The notes under the pieces: model-generated | Databases searched by the model: none | Seen by the model: only the letters and a program-made list of their open reading frames with translations | Told to the model about the DNA's origin: nothing | Source: a virus | Taxonomy: Duplodnaviria > Heunggongvirae > Uroviricota > Caudoviricetes | Reading direction: 5' to 3' (one strand) | Virus record (IMG/VR): IMGVR_UViG_2711768006_000002 | Length of the DNA: 9,305 nt | Program-made: the position numbers and the translations under genes | Shown here: one piece after another, positions 1 through 7,472 of the stretch | Layout of the letters: the number at the start of each line of letters is the position of its first letter | How positions within the stretch are numbered: position 1 is the first letter of the stretch

Positions 1-12
1 TCCAATGTGCAT

Positions 13-46
13 AAAAAAATCCGGAAACAAGTGAGCGTTTCCGGAT
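13..46 (-). terminator. Intrinsic terminator immediately downstream of the portal gene
   Basis: On the minus strand a perfect 10-bp inverted repeat (plus 19-28 ATCCGGAAAC / 37-46 GTTTCCGGAT) with an 8-nt loop is followed by a T-run (plus A-run 13-18). The portal stop codon is at 80-82. Confidence 0.6.
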
Positions 47-79
47 TCTTACACAGCCACTGGATCGGTCAACTGATCC

Positions 80-1236
80 TTAACTGATCGGCATTACACC
101 ACCGGGACGCGGATTCATATCTTCCAGGTCGCGGCAGTCATTGGAAGAGTAAATTCCCCAGTTGATCCCGGTGGCGTAGGCTTCAAAACGGGACTTCATA
201 TCCCCGCGCAGTAACGCCCCGGCGTTAAATTTGGCGTAATAAACGCCCTGCTTACTTTTTCGTACCAGTCCGGTGTTGATCCGCTGTTCGATGCGGGTCA
301 GATACGGCACCAGTGAATAGTTGATAAATCCCAGCCCCAGCTCTTCGATATTGTTGAAGGTGGCGCGATCGGTGTTCTGCACCATGTGCAACGGCACCCG
401 GAACAGACGACAGATTTCTTCCAGCTGAAACTTGCGGGTTTCCAGGAACTGACTGTCCTCGGCGTTCAGCGCCATCGACTTCCAGTCCAGCCCCATTTCC
501 AGAATCATCGGGCGGTGAGCATTGCCAAGCCCCGTGTGACACTCCTCAAAATCTTTCTTCAGACGCTCGTAAGCATCCGGCGTGAGCTTTTGTTCCGTAC
601 GCAACACACCGGATGTCACCGCACCATTACTAAACAACCTGGCACCGTGCTCCTCGGTTGCCGCTGCCAGTGAAATGGCCTCACGCGCATACGCAATGGG
701 ATTCAGCCCGACAAGTCCATCCAGCGTCAGGGTGCGCACATGCCAGATTTCATTCTGGGTCAACACATCCACGGAACCATCCGGAAACGTCACCTGATAA
801 ACCGGCTGCCACTGGCTGTTCAGCTTCGGTTCCACACAGCCCGGATCTATCGGAAGAAGCTCCACCACTTCTCCCAGTGCCTTTACCTTGTAGGCGTAAA
901 AATTCCCCCGTAGACACAGGCAGACAATAACCAGCTCCCAGAATTCCTGCGGTGTCATGTAGCCATTAGGTTTTGCCGAAACCAACTTATGCAGTCGTTC
1001 ATCCACCGCCCGTGTTTTCAGGGTACCGCTGATTTTGTAGAGACTGCAGGGCAGCATACCAACAGACTCTGCCAGCACCCTGACGCAAGAATAGACCGCC
1101 GTCAGGCGCATGGCCCGCTGGCTACTGATCCGCTTTCCGGTATAGGTGTCGTATGACAGCCCGATAGCATCAGCAGTTCTGCTGGCGTGGTCACCGGCAC
1201 ATCGCTTTTTCGTTGAAATAATCCCGAAAAGAACAC
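80..1236 (-). CDS. Phage portal protein, HK97 family; 5' end apparently frameshifted, start uncertain
   Basis: The 415-aa ORF contains a portal-like core (AMRLTAVYSCVRVLAESVGMLPCSLYK near the N-terminus, NDCRDLEDMNPRPGG at the C-terminus). The ORF-track start at 1327 is a TTG in a TTG-TTG-TTG run with no RBS and overlaps the upstream small ORF by 92 nt. A GTG at 1236-1234 overlaps the upstream stop (TAGTG) and has GGAGGT 5 nt upstream, but it is in another frame that stops at about 1105. The first in-frame ATG is at 1111. Confidence 0.8.
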
Positions 1237-1418
1237 TATTTACCTCCGCCGACAGACTGCCGTGTACGGTCGAGATATCGCGCCACCAGCCACGACCAGA
1301 ACAGGCACAGCGCCCCGGCAACAACAAAACCCGCCGGGGGATAAATCAGCCAGGCACCATACGCCAGCAAAAGCGCACCCAGCACGCCCACCAGAGGCGC
1401 GAGAATCAGCATGATCAT
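1236..1418 (-). CDS. Small membrane protein (60 aa, two predicted transmembrane helices) between large terminase and portal
   Basis: ATG at 1418 with GAGGT 4-5 nt upstream, 11 nt after the large-terminase stop. The product [60 protein letters not shown] is hydrophobic with a basic C-terminus. No homolog recalled. Confidence 0.5.
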   Translation of the reverse strand: MIMLILAPLVGVLGALLLAYGAWLIYPPAGFVVAGALCLFWSWLVARYLDRTRQSVGGGK

Positions 1419-1429
1419 AATTACCTCAG

Positions 1430-3163
1430 TTAAAGCGAGCGGATCCCGTAGGACTCAATGTGGTCAGACAGCGTGTCTTCTTTCTCGTACAGCATGGCTC
1501 TGCCAACCGCCATAATCAGCGCAACTGCACCATCGATTTTGTTTTCCGCCTGCTCTTTGACGGGTTTCACCACATCATCGTTACCCGGCATGTTTTTGCC
1601 GACCACGTTGCCGATACACCAGGTCATGATGGGATTGCCGTCATGATGAAAACGTCCCGATTCAATCGCTGCTTCCAGCTCTTTCATCGGATCGGACATA
1701 TTGGTGAAGTTCTGGACGATAGTGACGGGATTCAGGTCTTCATCAGCAAGGTCATGTGACAACCCGGTCGCCCCGAAGGGGTCGATGGGTGACTCACTGA
1801 CCGGGCTGATTTTGTTCGCCGCTTTGGCCTCCTCGAGGATGTAGCGATAATCCACCTCCGCACCATCGGTAACGGTCAGAACGCCCATTTCCACCCATTT
1901 CTGAAAGCGTTCGGCTGTCCGTCGATCTTCATTTTTCTCGACGCTGTACACCGTGTCATACGGTACCCAGAAACGCGGGGCCACACTGTAGTAATGCGTT
2001 TTACCGTCAATCTCGCGGGTATAAAGTCGCGCCATGCTGTTCATATCCAGCTTACGCGCCAGGTCAAAGGCCAGAATGCACGGCTGCCCCTCGAACTGCT
2101 CAAGGGTCAGTGATTTATCCTCGCAGCTCTGCCAGCTCACCAAGTTGAAATACGCCGAACGCGCCGACACCCAGATATTGAGGTGTTTTGTTTTAAAGAC
2201 GTTTGCCAGACGGGCGTTATTTTTCGCACGCTGCTGCTGACTTAACAAAAATTCGCGATAAACCGACACGCCAATATTTGGATTGGCTTTTTCCAGCACC
2301 TGCGGGCCGGTCCAGTCGTCACCTTCATCAACGGTATAGATGATCCCGAACAGTTCATCGTTAGGCACCGAGCCGTTGAGCATCTCGATGACTTCCCGCC
2401 GCTTGTCGTAGCACGGCCCCTCAATGTTGTACCCGGCGGTGGTGATGGCCCACATCAGTGGCTGACGTCGCGCCCCCATCCCGGTAAGCATTGTGGTATA
2501 AAGCGCATCGGTGGCATGCTCGTGATATTCATCAACCACGGCACAGTGGGGTGATGAACCATCACCTGGGTTGCCGATCAGCGGTTCAAACCGCGCGCCA
2601 TCCTCCGGACGGTTCATGTTTGAGGCGTTAACCTCAATCCCGAACGCTTCCGTCAGCATGGGTGTGCGTTTACACATCAGTCGCGCCGGGCGAAAGACTT
2701 CCCACGCCTGTTTCTCTGTCGTGGCACCGGAATACACTTCCGCGCCAAACTCGTTATCACAGGCAAAACAATACAGGGCAACACCGGCAGAGATTGCTGA
2801 TTTGCCGTTCTTACGGGGGATTTCGGTGTACACCTCCCGGAAGCGGCGCAACCGGGTGCCTTTATTGACCCAGCCAAACGCACAGCAGATCACAAATAGC
2901 TGCCACGGCTCCAGCGTGATGGGCATCCGTTTGAATGCCCACTCCCCCTTGGTGTGCGGCAACAGCTGAATAAATTTCGCGGCCCGTTCAGCCAGGTCCT
3001 TGTCGAAGCGGTAACGAAACGACTTACTTTTTTCCGCCATCAGGTCATCAAGATGGCGCTGGCAGGCCTGAATCACAAACTGGCAGGCAACAATCTTTCC
3101 GCGCACGACATCCCGGGCATACTGATTTGCAGCATTTACGTTGGGGTAAGATTTCCGGCTCAT
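1430..3163 (-). CDS. Terminase large subunit (Terminase_1 / HK97-like)
   Basis: 577-aa ORF with an ATG at 3163 overlapping the upstream stop (ATGA). It has a Walker-A-like PRKNGKS motif and the overall architecture of large terminases. It lies directly after the small terminase and before the portal. Confidence 0.92.
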   Translation of the reverse strand: MSRKSYPNVNAANQYARDVVRGKIVACQFVIQACQRHLDDLMAEKSKSFRYRFDKDLAERAAKFIQLLPHTKGEWAFKRMPITLEPWQLFVICCAFGWVNKGTRLRRFREVYTEIPRKNGKSAISAGVALYCFACDNEFGAEVYSGATTEKQAWEVFRPARLMCKRTPMLTEAFGIEVNASNMNRPEDGARFEPLIGNPGDGSSPHCAVVDEYHEHATDALYTTMLTGMGARRQPLMWAITTAGYNIEGPCYDKRREVIEMLNGSVPNDELFGIIYTVDEGDDWTGPQVLEKANPNIGVSVYREFLLSQQQRAKNNARLANVFKTKHLNIWVSARSAYFNLVSWQSCEDKSLTLEQFEGQPCILAFDLARKLDMNSMARLYTREIDGKTHYYSVAPRFWVPYDTVYSVEKNEDRRTAERFQKWVEMGVLTVTDGAEVDYRYILEEAKAANKISPVSESPIDPFGATGLSHDLADEDLNPVTIVQNFTNMSDPMKELEAAIESGRFHHDGNPIMTWCIGNVVGKNMPGNDDVVKPVKEQAENKIDGAVALIMAVGRAMLYEKEDTLSDHIESYGIRSL

Positions 3164-3654
3164 GATTCGATAATTTTCAGAAACGGGTTAGTGGCTTTCT
3201 TCTGCCCCGCCAGGCCAATCAGACGCTGGCGGCTGCTGGGGTCGAGTCCGAGCATTGCCCCCGTGCTGCTCATCTCGGACTCCTGTTCTTTTTTGGCGGT
3301 CAGCTCCGGATTTTTGACCCTGCCGCCCATTGCACCGGTGATGGTGTTGCCCTGTATGGCAATATTTTTCACGGCACGTCGCCAGAACTCATAGGCCACG
3401 CACCACCGCTCAAGTACCGCCAGGTCAGTCACGCACAGCAGGCCCTGACCGCAGAGTTCTTTGGTTGTCAGTTGCCACATGATCGTGGCGAGAGGGAGAT
3501 CTTCTTCAGCGAACCACTCTGGTGGCTCAACACCTTTGATGGGCGTAAAAACAGGTTCATCTTTGTTCAGGGCTCGCTTGCCGGGGTTTCCGGCCAGCGC
3601 CTTGCGCGCCGTTGGCTTGGGGCGACGCCCGGAACGCCCCGCCGTTCCAGCCAT
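3160..3654 (-). CDS. Terminase small subunit, P27 family
   Basis: The ORF track starts at GTG 3663, but that GTG lies inside the Shine-Dalgarno sequence AGGAGT. The ATG at 3654 is 8 nt downstream of AGGAG and gives [27 protein letters not shown], typical of P27-family small terminases. The stop overlaps the large-terminase start. Confidence 0.88.
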   Translation of the reverse strand: MAGTAGRSGRRPKPTARKALAGNPGKRALNKDEPVFTPIKGVEPPEWFAEEDLPLATIMWQLTTKELCGQGLLCVTDLAVLERWCVAYEFWRRAVKNIAIQGNTITGAMGGRVKNPELTAKKEQESEMSSTGAMLGLDPSSRQRLIGLAGQKKATNPFLKIIES

Positions 3655-3693
3655 ATGCGGCACTCCTGGTTAAATTTCATTTTTCGCGGGTAT

Positions 3694-3753
3694 AAAAAAA
3701 CGATGGGGCGGGCAGTCCGGAAGACGTCAGGTCACAGGGATTTGCCCCGCCCC
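3694..3753 (-). other. GC-rich inverted repeat plus T7 run in the HNH-terS intergenic region; candidate cos/packaging site or terminator-like element
   Basis: Arms at plus 3705-3714 (GGGGCGGGCA) and 3743-3753 (TGCCCCGCCCC) are separated by 28 nt. On the minus strand they are followed by TTTTTTT (plus A-run 3694-3700). In HK97-type phages cos lies between the HNH gene and the small terminase gene. Confidence 0.35.
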
Positions 3754-3775
3754 TCCCTACAAGTGAGAATAATTA

Positions 3776-4126
3776 TCACCGGATTCGTTCGCGCGCTGTT
3801 TTCGCTTTATGGCAGGGCCAGCACAGACTCTGCAGGTTGCTGTCTGCGTCTGTTCCGCCATGCGCTTTCGGGATGATGTGGTCGACGGTTTTCGCCTCGC
3901 TCACCACACCGACACGCAGACACAACTGACACAGACCTTTATCGCGCTTCAGAATACGGGCACGAATCACCGTCCATTTTGAGCCATAGCCACGCTGGTG
4001 GCGGCTCAGTCCGCGCTGGTGCTGCACCCAGCCTTCACCGCGATGTTTATCGCAGTAACCCGAACTGTCTGTGGTTGTACCTGCACATCCACGCTTACGG
4101 CAGGCACGTGGGATTAGTGATGGCAT
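3776..4126 (-). CDS. HNH endonuclease (phage packaging-associated, HK97 gp74-like)
   Basis: 116-aa ORF with ATG at 4126 and GAGGT 5 nt upstream. It is Cys/His-rich with CxxC pairs and an HNH-type motif (DHIIPKAHGGTDADSNLQSLCWPCH). It sits immediately upstream of the small terminase. Confidence 0.88.
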   Translation of the reverse strand: MPSLIPRACRKRGCAGTTTDSSGYCDKHRGEGWVQHQRGLSRHQRGYGSKWTVIRARILKRDKGLCQLCLRVGVVSEAKTVDHIIPKAHGGTDADSNLQSLCWPCHKAKTARERIR

Positions 4127-4168
4127 AAATACCTCATACCCTGCGAAATGTTTACCACGATAAAAAGG

Positions 4169-4411
4169 CTACTTAATGCACTGAGTGCGGATATACTCCT
4201 GTGCCCCTTCCAGTTGCATCTGCATCGTCATCAGCCGCTCTCTGAGGGTGAAATAATCCCGTTCAGCGGTGTCTGCCAGTCGGGGGCTGGTTGCATTATC
4301 CACGCCGGAGGCGGTGGTGGCTTCACGCACTGACTGACAGACTGCTTTGATGTGCAACCGACGACGACCAGCGGCAACATCAGCGCGCAGAGTTTCATTT
4401 TCAGCTTTCGC
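4169..4411 (-). CDS. Rz: Rz i-spanin, C-terminal portion (5' part lost in N run)
   Basis: The visible 80 aa (AKAENETLRADVAAGRRRLHIKAVCQSVREATTASGVDNATSPRLADTAERDYFTLRERLMTMQMQLEGAQEYIRTQCIK) are near-identical to the C-terminal half of lambda Rz as I recall it. Stop TAG at 4169-4171. Confidence 0.88.
   Translation of the reverse strand, partial: AKAENETLRADVAAGRRRLHIKAVCQSVREATTASGVDNATSPRLADTAERDYFTLRERLMTMQMQLEGAQEYIRTQCIK
4231..4398 (-). CDS. Rz1: Rz1 o-spanin lipoprotein embedded in Rz in the +1 frame
   Basis: Product MKLCALMLPLVVVGCTSKQSVSQCVKPPPPPAWIMQPAPDWQTPLNGIISPSESG has a lipobox (VVGC) and a penta-proline tract, matching lambda Rz1. The true start may lie 1-5 codons upstream inside the N run (lambda Rz1 begins MLKLKMM). 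Confidence 0.85.
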   Translation of the reverse strand: MKLCALMLPLVVVGCTSKQSVSQCVKPPPPPAWIMQPAPDWQTPLNGIISPSESG

Positions 4412-4610
4412 NNNNNNNNNNNNNNNNNNNNNNNNNNNNNNNNNNNNNNNNNNNNNNNNNNNNNNNNNNNNNNNNNNNNNNNNNNNNNNNNNNNNNNNNN
4501 NNNNNNNNNNNNNNNNNNNNNNNNNNNNNNNNNNNNNNNNNNNNNNNNNNNNNNNNNNNNNNNNNNNNNNNNNNNNNNNNNNNNNNNNNNNNNNNNNNNN
4601 NNNNNNNNNN
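4412..4610. other. Run of 199 N (assembly gap or masked segment)
   Basis: Continuous N. The flanking reading frames cannot be joined: the endolysin N-terminus is above it and the Rz C-terminus below it, in different frames, with about 600 nt of expected coding sequence unaccounted for. Confidence 0.95.
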
Positions 4611-4700
4611 ACCACCTGGGCCAGTGATTAACACAGATGCTATAGCAACAGCCCCACCACCAATAGCAGCTGCAACAGCCTTGCGTAATGATGGCGACAT
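4611..4700 (-). CDS. R: SAR endolysin (phage 21 R21-like lysozyme), N-terminal 30 codons only
   Basis: ATG at 4700 with GAGGTG 4 nt upstream. The product [30 protein letters not shown] matches the signal-anchor-release domain of phage 21 endolysin. The stop of the upstream holin overlaps the start (TAATG). Confidence 0.8.
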
Positions 4701-4867
4701 TATTCACCTCTCGCAGCCTTACGCTTGTCTTCTCTTATTTTGAAATACAGATTTGTCAGATAAGTCAGAAGCCCCAGAAGCAGACTTCCCAGCACACCAA
4801 TCGCAGCCCACTGTGATGGACTGACCTGATCCAACCACTGCAAAAACCAGTAGCCGGCACTGCCGGC
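4700..4867 (-). CDS. S: Pinholin (phage 21 S21-like class II holin), C-terminal 55 codons; 5' end lost in N run
   Basis: The visible [55 protein letters not shown] is near-identical to the S21 pinholin as recalled. Stop TAA at 4700-4702. Confidence 0.82.
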   Translation of the reverse strand, partial: AGSAGYWFLQWLDQVSPSQWAAIGVLGSLLLGLLTYLTNLYFKIREDKRKAARGE

Positions 4868-5117
4868 NNNNNNNNNNNNNNNNNNNNNNNNNNNNNNNNN
4901 NNNNNNNNNNNNNNNNNNNNNNNNNNNNNNNNNNNNNNNNNNNNNNNNNNNNNNNNNNNNNNNNNNNNNNNNNNNNNNNNNNNNNNNNNNNNNNNNNNNN
5001 NNNNNNNNNNNNNNNNNNNNNNNNNNNNNNNNNNNNNNNNNNNNNNNNNNNNNNNNNNNNNNNNNNNNNNNNNNNNNNNNNNNNNNNNNNNNNNNNNNNN
5101 NNNNNNNNNNNNNNNNN
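4868..5117. other. Run of 250 N (assembly gap or masked segment)
   Basis: Continuous N lying between the tRNA array and the holin. It hides the holin start (about 16 codons) and roughly 200 nt or more of upstream sequence. Confidence 0.95.
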
Positions 5118-5180
5118 GAGTCAGACATTCCCACACAATATTGTGTCAGTGCAAATAACAACCTTCGTCTCAAATCTCGC

Positions 5181-5255
<75 letters not shown>

Positions 5256-5258
5256 ATA

Positions 5259-5334
<76 letters not shown>

Positions 5335-5336
5335 GC

Positions 5337-5413
5337 TGGCCCACCACCGAGGACTCGAACCTCGCACCGTCAACTTAGAAGGTTGATGCTCTATCCGGAT
5401 GAGCTAGTGGTGG
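5337..5413 (-). tRNA. tRNA-Arg (anticodon UCU, reads AGA/AGG)
   Basis: Reverse complement reads CCACCACTAGCTCATCCGGATAGAGCATCAACCTTCTAAGTTGACGGTGCGAGGTTCGAGTCCTCGGTGGTGGGCCA. Anticodon stem TCAAC/GTTGA, loop CUUCUAA, T-loop TTCGAGT, encoded CCA. Confidence 0.85.
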
Positions 5414-5414
5414 T

Positions 5415-5491
5415 TGGTGGCCCTTGCTGGACTTGAACCAGCGACCTGGCGATTATGAGTCGCTCGCTCTGACCAACTGAGCTAAAGGGCC
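5415..5491 (-). tRNA. tRNA-Ile2-like (anticodon CAU, ileX/ileZ type)
   Basis: Reverse complement reads GGCCCTTTAGCTCAGTTGGTCAGAGCGAGCGACTCATAATCGCCAGGTCGCTGGTTCAAGTCCAGCAAGGGCCACCA. Anticodon loop CUCAUAA. It closely resembles E. coli ileX (minor isoleucine tRNA) rather than tRNA-Met. Confidence 0.85.
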
Positions 5492-5500
5492 GGAGGCAGA

Positions 5501-5529
5501 ATAATAACCATATGTCATCACATCTGCAA
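5501..5529 (-). promoter_or_regulatory. Candidate sigma70 promoter for the tRNA array
   Basis: On the minus strand: -35 TTGCAG (plus 5524-5529), 17-nt spacer, -10 TATTAT (plus 5501-5506), with the tRNA-Ile 5' end about 9 nt downstream. Confidence 0.4.
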
Positions 5530-5579
5530 ACTCATCTGACCACCAGCACGTTTAACGTCCTGTGCCGTTTTTCAGGTAT

Positions 5580-5606
5580 AAAAAAACCCGCTCATCGGCG
5601 GGTTTA
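5580..5606 (-). terminator. Intrinsic terminator downstream of the ORF6N-domain gene
   Basis: On the minus strand: AAACCCGC-CGATGA-GCGGGTTT hairpin (8-bp stem) followed by TTTTTTTAT (plus A-run 5580-5586). Confidence 0.65.
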
Positions 5607-5680
5607 AGCTGTGTGGCGTAGTAACCACTCTTAACAGGATATTCAACTTTTTACGATCGTAAAGTTTTCGGAAAAAATTT

Positions 5681-6250
5681 TTAAAACCGCATCAACCGCT
5701 CCACCAGTTGCTCTTTACGGGCAACGATCCACCCGTGTTGCTCCAGATAAAATTTAAACCGTTCCAGAGTACATACCATCGCATCGGCGGGTACCTTTTC
5801 CGTGAACTCAACCTGACCGTGTTTATCGAAGTGGCTCAGTAATGCGCATCCATCATTTTCGATAGATGTGTTTTGTGCCGCTGGTGGCTGTTTCTGGTTG
5901 AAATAACAGTCTTCCAGTTTTTCGAACACTTCCCACGCCTGATCGGTTTCGAGCATTTTGGCGTGACGGGCTGCGCCACGTTCTGTCCAGAGGATGAGGG
6001 AGCGAACGTTACGGGCAATTTTCACAGAAACTCTTAAAGAGTTTTCGTTCTTCAACTCTCGTAACGCATCACCTTCTATCAGGAAAAAATGTTTACCTTC
6101 TATAAACCGTTCTTTGTTTCGATTGAAATTGTTTGTCAAACGCTGGCGCTCTGTTCCGTACAAATCAGCCAGCAGCTCTGTTGTCATGACAGGAAGATGG
6201 TTATGCGTAAGTGACGGGAGTTTTTCAATAGACGTGCGATTCATAGACAT
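5681..6250 (-). CDS. ORF6N-domain protein (KilA-N/Bro-N-like, phage antirepressor-like), cargo gene between Q and the lysis cassette
   Basis: The 253-aa ORF begins at a GTG with no RBS. The ATG pair at 6250/6244 is preceded by AAAGGA and gives MSMNRTSIEKLPSLTHNHLPVMTTELLADLYGTERQRLTNNFNRNKERFIEGKHFFL, which fits the ORF6N consensus as I recall it (LAELYGV..RLNE..KRN.ERFPEDFMFQL). The C-terminal half is not recognised. Confidence 0.6.
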   Translation of the reverse strand: MSMNRTSIEKLPSLTHNHLPVMTTELLADLYGTERQRLTNNFNRNKERFIEGKHFFLIEGDALRELKNENSLRVSVKIARNVRSLILWTERGAARHAKMLETDQAWEVFEKLEDCYFNQKQPPAAQNTSIENDGCALLSHFDKHGQVEFTEKVPADAMVCTLERFKFYLEQHGWIVARKEQLVERLMRF

Positions 6251-6605
6251 GTCCTTTCGAATATTTTGATTTACCCCTTTTGAGAGGGTGACCGGGCGCT
6301 CAAAACCGTCGAAAGTCGGCGGGCGTATTTCCATTGCTGGTATTGTATTAGCCGCACACCCGGTCATAAACCAAGAATTCTGGACACAAAAAAACCACAT
6401 GGCTATCGGGTGTGGATACCGCTTTCGAGGTGTTTTGAGCACCGCGGGGAAATGTAAACTGCAAACCTGAAACTGTCAACACCGTCAGGTTCCAATCATC
6501 GGGTGGTGAGACGCACAGGGTTGGAACTACCGGGAAACCGACCGGCGAGCTTTTCAGCTCCCCCATGCGCCCCACCATAATTCAGATGTGCGCGTGCATA
6601 CGACA

Positions 6606-6630
6606 ATAAAAAACACGCTCGCGGCGTGTG
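6606..6630 (-). terminator. Candidate tR' (late-operon terminator read through by Q-modified polymerase)
   Basis: On the minus strand: ACACGC-CGCGA-GCGTGT hairpin followed by TTTTTTATTG (plus A-run 6608-6613), about 75 nt downstream of the candidate pR' start site. Confidence 0.5.
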
Positions 6631-6690
6631 TCTGTCGCGGTCTCTATCCGGGGTTCCAATCCCGACGCCAGATTTTGCTGGCGCGTGAGG

Positions 6691-6720
6691 AATATAGCCC
6701 CGGACAATGTGTCTGGTCAA
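6691..6720 (-). promoter_or_regulatory. Candidate late promoter pR' with Q-utilisation region
   Basis: On the minus strand, 5 nt after the Q stop: -35 TTGACC (plus 6715-6720), 18-nt spacer, -10 TATATT (plus 6691-6696). Position immediately downstream of Q matches lambdoid pR'. Confidence 0.55.
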
Positions 6721-6724
6721 GCAC

Positions 6725-7111
6725 CTACATAATTCGTTCTACGTATCTGTCCATCTCCAGCCGGATATCAAGCATCATCAACATGCCATCAATAACCCCT
6801 TCCGCTTTCTGCAGGCGCTTGCCAATACAGGTATCCGAACACCCATGTTTCCGTGCCAGACTCATAAAAGTCATTCCACCTACGTAATAATCCACCAGCA
6901 AATCGTGCAAATCCTGATTTTTCTTGTTCAACCGGGCCATACAGCCACAAATTATCATTGCATCATCATCAGAACACTGAGGGCGTGATTTCACTTTCGA
7001 CGGAATTAACCCTTTAAAACCAGCAGCGATCGACGCCCAGGATACATCTTCATGAGTGTTTGCAGCCCAAGCCCCCCACCGTTCCATAACCTGCTGAATA
7101 TCACGCGCCAT
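6725..7111 (-). CDS. Q: Late-gene antitermination protein Q (phage 82/21-type)
   Basis: ATG at 7111 with AGGTGA 6 nt upstream, overlapping the rusA 3' end. Product [61 protein letters not shown] matches the Q family found in E. coli prophages. Confidence 0.9.
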   Translation of the reverse strand: MARDIQQVMERWGAWAANTHEDVSWASIAAGFKGLIPSKVKSRPQCSDDDAMIICGCMARLNKKNQDLHDLLVDYYVGGMTFMSLARKHGCSDTCIGKRLQKAEGVIDGMLMMLDIRLEMDRYVERIM

Positions 7112-7472
7112 CGTTATCACCTGTGATTTCATAAATCTTCACGCCCAGTCGCCCACCAGGAACGAGCTGACCGCGCACAATATTGATTTCATCAAACTGC
7201 TCGTCGTCTATGAGTAGTCCGGCATGCGTCAGCGCATCCAGTGGTGCTTTCAGGATATTGTCCAGGTCACGACGGCGCTTATCCGGTGGCTCTGCAATAA
7301 TCTTTATCGCCAGCCTTCCGGACAGGTTTAATTTCAGCCGCTGCTGGCGAACAATTAGCGTCACATCACGGCGATAACGCTCACCAACTTTTGATACAAA
7401 ATATGTGCTGCCACGACGTCGCCAGTAAGTATTCACCGTCGGCGGATAAGGTAAAATAAACTCATGGCGCAT
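7101..7472 (-). CDS. rusA: RusA-family Holliday junction resolvase
   Basis: 123-aa ORF with ATG at 7472 overlapping the upstream stop (TGATG). It has the RusA-like catalytic region [29 protein letters not shown]. Its position just upstream of Q is typical of the nin region. Confidence 0.88.
   Translation of the reverse strand: MRHEFILPYPPTVNTYWRRRGSTYFVSKVGERYRRDVTLIVRQQRLKLNLSGRLAIKIIAEPPDKRRRDLDNILKAPLDALTHAGLLIDDEQFDEINIVRGQLVPGGRLGVKIYEITGDNDGA

Noticed and set aside
386-930. Plus-strand ORFs of 71-95 aa inside the portal region
   Set aside because: They are antisense to the portal gene and show no support as genes.
2571-3394. Plus-strand ORFs of 132 and 146 aa (2571-2969, 2954-3394)
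   Set aside because: They lie wholly antisense to the terminase genes, with no RBS and no recognisable domain.
4148-4333. 61-aa plus-strand ORF
   Set aside because: It is antisense to Rz/Rz1 and has no RBS. A bor-like gene occupies this position in lambda but nothing here resembles it.
4868-5173. ORF-track extension of the holin ORF upstream to 5173 (MRRRLLFALTQYCVGMSD...)
   Set aside because: The frame runs through 250 N, so its continuity is an artefact. Only the 55 C-terminal codons are supported.
6251-6442. N-terminal extension of the ORF6N ORF back to 6442
   Set aside because: It begins at a GTG with no RBS, the internal ATG at 6400 also lacks one, and the ORF6N domain starts near the ATG at 6250/6244. 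The extension is most likely untranslated leader.
6348-6720. Minus-strand ORFs of 76 and 74 aa (6348-6578, 6496-6720)
   Set aside because: They overlap the candidate pR' promoter and tR' terminator, are low-complexity and have no RBS.
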